A stretch of 63,921 nt of DNA, the filler included, from Diploschistes diacapsis (Eukaryota), in the NCBI GenBank assembly GCA_023645945.1. It is 17 parts of 17 records of this genome, joined end to end, with 100 filler letters (N's around TTAATTAATTAA, not from the genome) between each part and the next. Parts side by side here need not be neighbours in the genome. Positions count along the whole stretch, not along the records: positions 59,629 to 60,994 come from JALAIB010003235.1; positions 61,095 to 62,458 come from JALAIB010003236.1; positions 62,559 to 63,921 come from JALAIB010003237.1; 14 more parts are not named here. One strand, 5' to 3'. Positions 60,617 through 63,921 of the stretch are shown here, in pieces. A program made the position numbers and the translations under genes. Numbering within the stretch: position 1 is the stretch's first letter; every line of letters begins with the position of its first letter. The notes under the pieces were generated by a model. It had not been told where the DNA came from. It ran no database searches and worked only from the letters and a program-made list of their open reading frames with translations.

Positions 60617-60994
60617 AGTATTTATTTTATAAAGATAAAAATTATAACACTTAAACACCCCTAAGAATAAATATAATAAAAAACACGACCGAGCGATCGT
60701 CATTAATAACTAAATCCGTTATCGTATCTCGAATAATATCGGAATCCGATACGATCATAACGAACACTACGAAAGCTAAAAAAGACGATCCCGGAAATAA
60801 CGTAAAAGCTAACGAGAAAATCTTAAAAAGCTTAATTATTAAAGAACTTACGTTAAATAAATTTTATAGAAATCGTAAGAAATTTAAATATTAGTGTTAC
60901 GATCCAAGTAACTAGTCGGTAGTTCACTTGGCACGCAACAGCTAGTCGGGCACTTCCCAACCACTCTTTATATATAATCCAATCATGGTAATAC
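60617..60994 (+). mobile_element. Gypsy LTR end + PBS region + gag start, interrupted at 60895 by LTR variant A
   Basis: ATTATAACA|CTTAAACACCCC, then a gag relic (KAKKDDPGNN...FYRNRKKFKY), then TGTTACGATCCAAGTAACTAG. Confidence 0.75.
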
Positions 60995-61271
60995 NNNNNN
61001 NNNNNNNNNNNNNNNNNNNNNNNNNNNNNNNNNNNNNNTTAATTAATTAANNNNNNNNNNNNNNNNNNNNNNNNNNNNNNNNNNNNNNNNNNNNAAGAAT
61101 TCGATTCAGTTCGAATCTAGAAGTTATAATCGCGAATCTTTAATTTATCGGCAAAAATTAGATATCGCGATTTCGTAAACGATTTCCTAAAATCATTAAT
61201 ATTTAGAAGAGATAGATCGAATCGAATAAATTTAATACGATAAGTTACGAGGTTATATAACGGTGATTCGA

Positions 61272-61503
61272 TATAATAATAATGGAACATCCTGATCGTT
61301 TGTGGGTTCAAGGGTTGAACCCCGTAGGGCAGTAGGGCTGGCATCCAGACTATTTATTTGTGCCCTACTCCCATCTAGATAGTTCCTTCTTTACCTTTTC
61401 GAATCCGAACCATTCAACCTGCAGATGCCCAGCTACACTTAATCCTTCCGGATCAGGCCCAGCCCCCGCTAGTGTTGTACCCCATTCCTGCACTGGCGTT
61501 TCA
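61272..61503 (+). mobile_element. ~230-bp LTR-like repeat (fourth family; second copy ~63136-63375)
   Basis: GC-richer island sharing CAGATGCCCAGCTACAC...CCGGATCAGGCCCAGCCCCC...CCATTCCTGC.CTGGCGTTTCA with 63295-63375. Confidence 0.6.
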
Positions 61504-61806
61504 AATAACTTAATATAATAAAAAACAATACGCGCCCGAATATATCTATAATATAAACGAATTAAATTCTAATATTAATAATAATTCTTTCTTTAAAGCC
61601 TTCGTTTCGAGTTAAACAGACTCGAATTAAAAAGTTATTAAAAGAAAACAAAAATGAGTAATTACGATCGAATATATTTTAGTTATTAACGGGGTATTAC
61701 CGTTTATAATTACTTTTAAAATATTATGTATTAAAATATTAATTAGATTTTTGTCGAAACGTTTCGAAACTAATTATATAATATTAATAATAAAAAATAA
61801 ATAATA

Positions 61807-62458
61807 ACGTATATGCATAGCGAGCGGACACTCATAGCGAGCGGATATCTCCCATCTAATTTTACGAACTTTCAACTTTTGTATCAATTTTTTACGCCTA
61901 CGATTATGGAATCATCTTTAATTGAAAATATAATTATAGTGGTGTTTTAGGCTATTAAACAAGATCTGAATCTTAATATAAAACGCGTATTTTAGATATA
62001 TAAGGTTTTTCGTATAACGTTTATTACTCGACGCGATGGTCGTATTTTAAAATACGATATTTTAGTTAACTTAATGAATTTAAATTTATTAAAAGAGGAG
62101 ACGATTCTTGAACGTACGATTAATTTAATCGAATGTAATTCTCCGCCGCGACAGGACGATTTACGCGATATGATTAATTTAATGCGCGTAGTTCGAAACA
62201 CGCCGCCAATCGGATTACGATAGGTATAAAACTTCGTATAATAGCAAGAAATGTTTAAAATACGTTATTAAAAAGTATTAGTTAAAGATTTACGAATCGT
62301 ACGAAACTAATTCGATCTCGTACATAATATGATTAATAAATATGGTATTTTTAATTCGAATATTTATAATTTCGACGAAATCGGCTTTTTTATAAGAATA
62401 TTAGGTTATATAAAGGTCGTAATTATTTTAGATCGTAAAAATAGATTTTATACGAAGT
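61807..62458 (+). mobile_element. pogo/Fot1 element 5' end: TIR plus RIP-mutated transposase
   Basis: TA|ACGTATATG followed by a doubled CATAGCGAGCGGA; ATG at 61906; KYGIFNSNIYNFDEIGF. It appears inserted into an older DDE relic (~61560-61804). Confidence 0.88.
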
Positions 62459-63135
62459 NNNNNNNNNNNNNNNNNNNNNNNNNNNNNNNNNNNNNNNNNN
62501 NNTTAATTAATTAANNNNNNNNNNNNNNNNNNNNNNNNNNNNNNNNNNNNNNNNNNNNCTATCTTCATCTTCATTCACTACCTCCTACAATAGTAATACA
62601 TTACTATTGTACTTAGCATTATTTCCCTAGTCATTACTTGCCTATTTAGTCACCACACTTCCACTTTTCAACAATTATTAATTTCGAAAACATCCTTAAT
62701 ATCTTACGGAAGTTTTATTAATTAAATCCCGAAAAGATAAAACCTTTATAATTAATAACGTTTAAGAATAAACAGTTTACGTCAATAAAAACTATAAACG
62801 GAAACGAATCATTAAAATAAAACAATATCGATCATCACGACAACCACGCTCTCTCATAGAATCTAAAAGCATATTTAATTAAAAGCGCCGCTGAAAAAGA
62901 TTCGAAGATAAAAAAATAATAATTTAAAAAAGATAATAAATATCTTTTTAAAGAAACGTAATAAAAGAATAAAGATCGAGATACAATATAACTAAAAAAA
63001 AGTATCGCGTTTATAAGAAATATAAACATCTAAAGAAAAAGATAATAAAACAGATTAATTTAGACGCCTATTAAACCACCGGAATTATATAACGACAGAA
63101 TCATATAACGGCAGAATCATATAACGATAAGGTTA

Positions 63136-63375
63136 TATAATAATGTTAACCGTGCTAAGGATGTTAGAAAGTGATTATGTAGGCGGGTAGGACCCGAATC
63201 CCGTAGGGCTGGTACCCACACACTATTTATTCCTGCCATCCTTTTATTTAGATAATTTCTTCTCTAGCTTTTCGAATCGAGACCTTTTACCTACAGATGC
63301 CCAGCTACACGTAATCTCACCGGATCAGGCCCAGCCCCCGGTAGTGTAGTATTCCATTCCTGCGCTGGCGTTTCA
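63136..63375 (+). mobile_element. LTR-like repeat, fourth family
   Basis: Homologous to 61272-61503; ends GCGTTTCA. Confidence 0.6.
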
Positions 63376-63464
63376 AAACGACGCGTTTCGAGTCGATTCG
63401 ATTTAATTAAAAGTTTAAAAATACGTATAAACTATTAATAACCGTATTTATTTATTATTCATCC

Positions 63465-63921
63465 TGTTGAGCAGGCAGGCAGAATGCATGGCTGGGAAGT
63501 TCAGCTGAACCTCAGGTTCAGGTTCAGTTCAGCTGAACCTATTGGGGTTCCTGTTAATCCTAATCGGGAGTAGTGTAAGTCTATAGGGCTTAATAGATCC
63601 TATTAATATAAGAGTTTATATACAGATTATTTCTTATAATTAGATTTAAAGATATCTAGATTTTAATATATACGTTATTTAAAAGATTATGAGCCCGGGT
63701 TAGTTTATTATCCCGTCGCGTTTATATATTGAAAGTAATATTTCCGAATAGGTGTTATCGTTACGACTATAAGATCTAATTACGTTATTTATTATAAATT
63801 AAATTAAAGAGATTTTAAGAGCCTAAGATCTAAATTATAGCATTTTAAAGTAATTAGATTTAAAATAAAAGTTAAATTACTTATCAATAAAACGCGGGTA
63901 CCGATTACGCTGTTCTAAAAG
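63465..63921 (+). mobile_element. Copia 5' LTR (63465-63684), PBS and leader
   Basis: The TGTTGAGCAGGCAGGCAGAA start is the least mutated copy; PBS GATTATGAGCCCGGG at 63685; the leader matches 22860-22965 and 29320-29420. Confidence 0.8.

Noticed and set aside
63082..63135. Three ~17-bp repeats (GAATCATATAACG core) as a mariner/Tigger TIR
   Set aside because: The repeat is real, but no partner end or clear transposase motif could be confirmed.

Overview
Filamentous ascomycete (Pezizomycotina) draft assembly. Seventeen unrelated contigs are joined by an artificial 100-nt spacer (44 N + TTAATTAATTAA + 44 N), so adjacency across spacers means nothing. Gene-bearing contig 1-20931 holds a kinesin-3 (Unc104/UncA-type, runs off the window), a 7.4-kb divergent intergenic region with a CCAAT-generating hexamer microsatellite, a Con7-type C2H2 transcription factor, a 3-beta-HSD/Erg26-like SDR, a six-exon DHA1 MFS transporter and a secreted protein of unrecognised family. 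Gene-bearing contig 31327-52193 holds a WW-domain (Wwm1-like) protein, a membrane-anchored aspartic pseudo-protease, a second DHA1 MFS transporter, a hypothetical coiled-coil protein, the mitochondrial GTP/GDP carrier GGC1, about 10 kb of decayed genes (kinase-ankyrin and APH-like pseudogenes) and NCE101. The fifteen ~1.37-kb contigs are mostly nested, RIP-mutated transposon relics: Copia with a half-tRNA-iMet PBS, Gypsy with modular ~455-bp LTRs, pogo/Fot1, Tc1 DD34E, a hAT-like element and a LINE. The most interesting signal is an antisense ORF beside a Gypsy 3' LTR/PPT. After reversing RIP changes it shows exact Zn(II)2Cys6 spacing, and the same element family has swappable LTR 5' halves and a possible self-priming PBS. 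All family calls come from motif recognition by eye; no searches were run.
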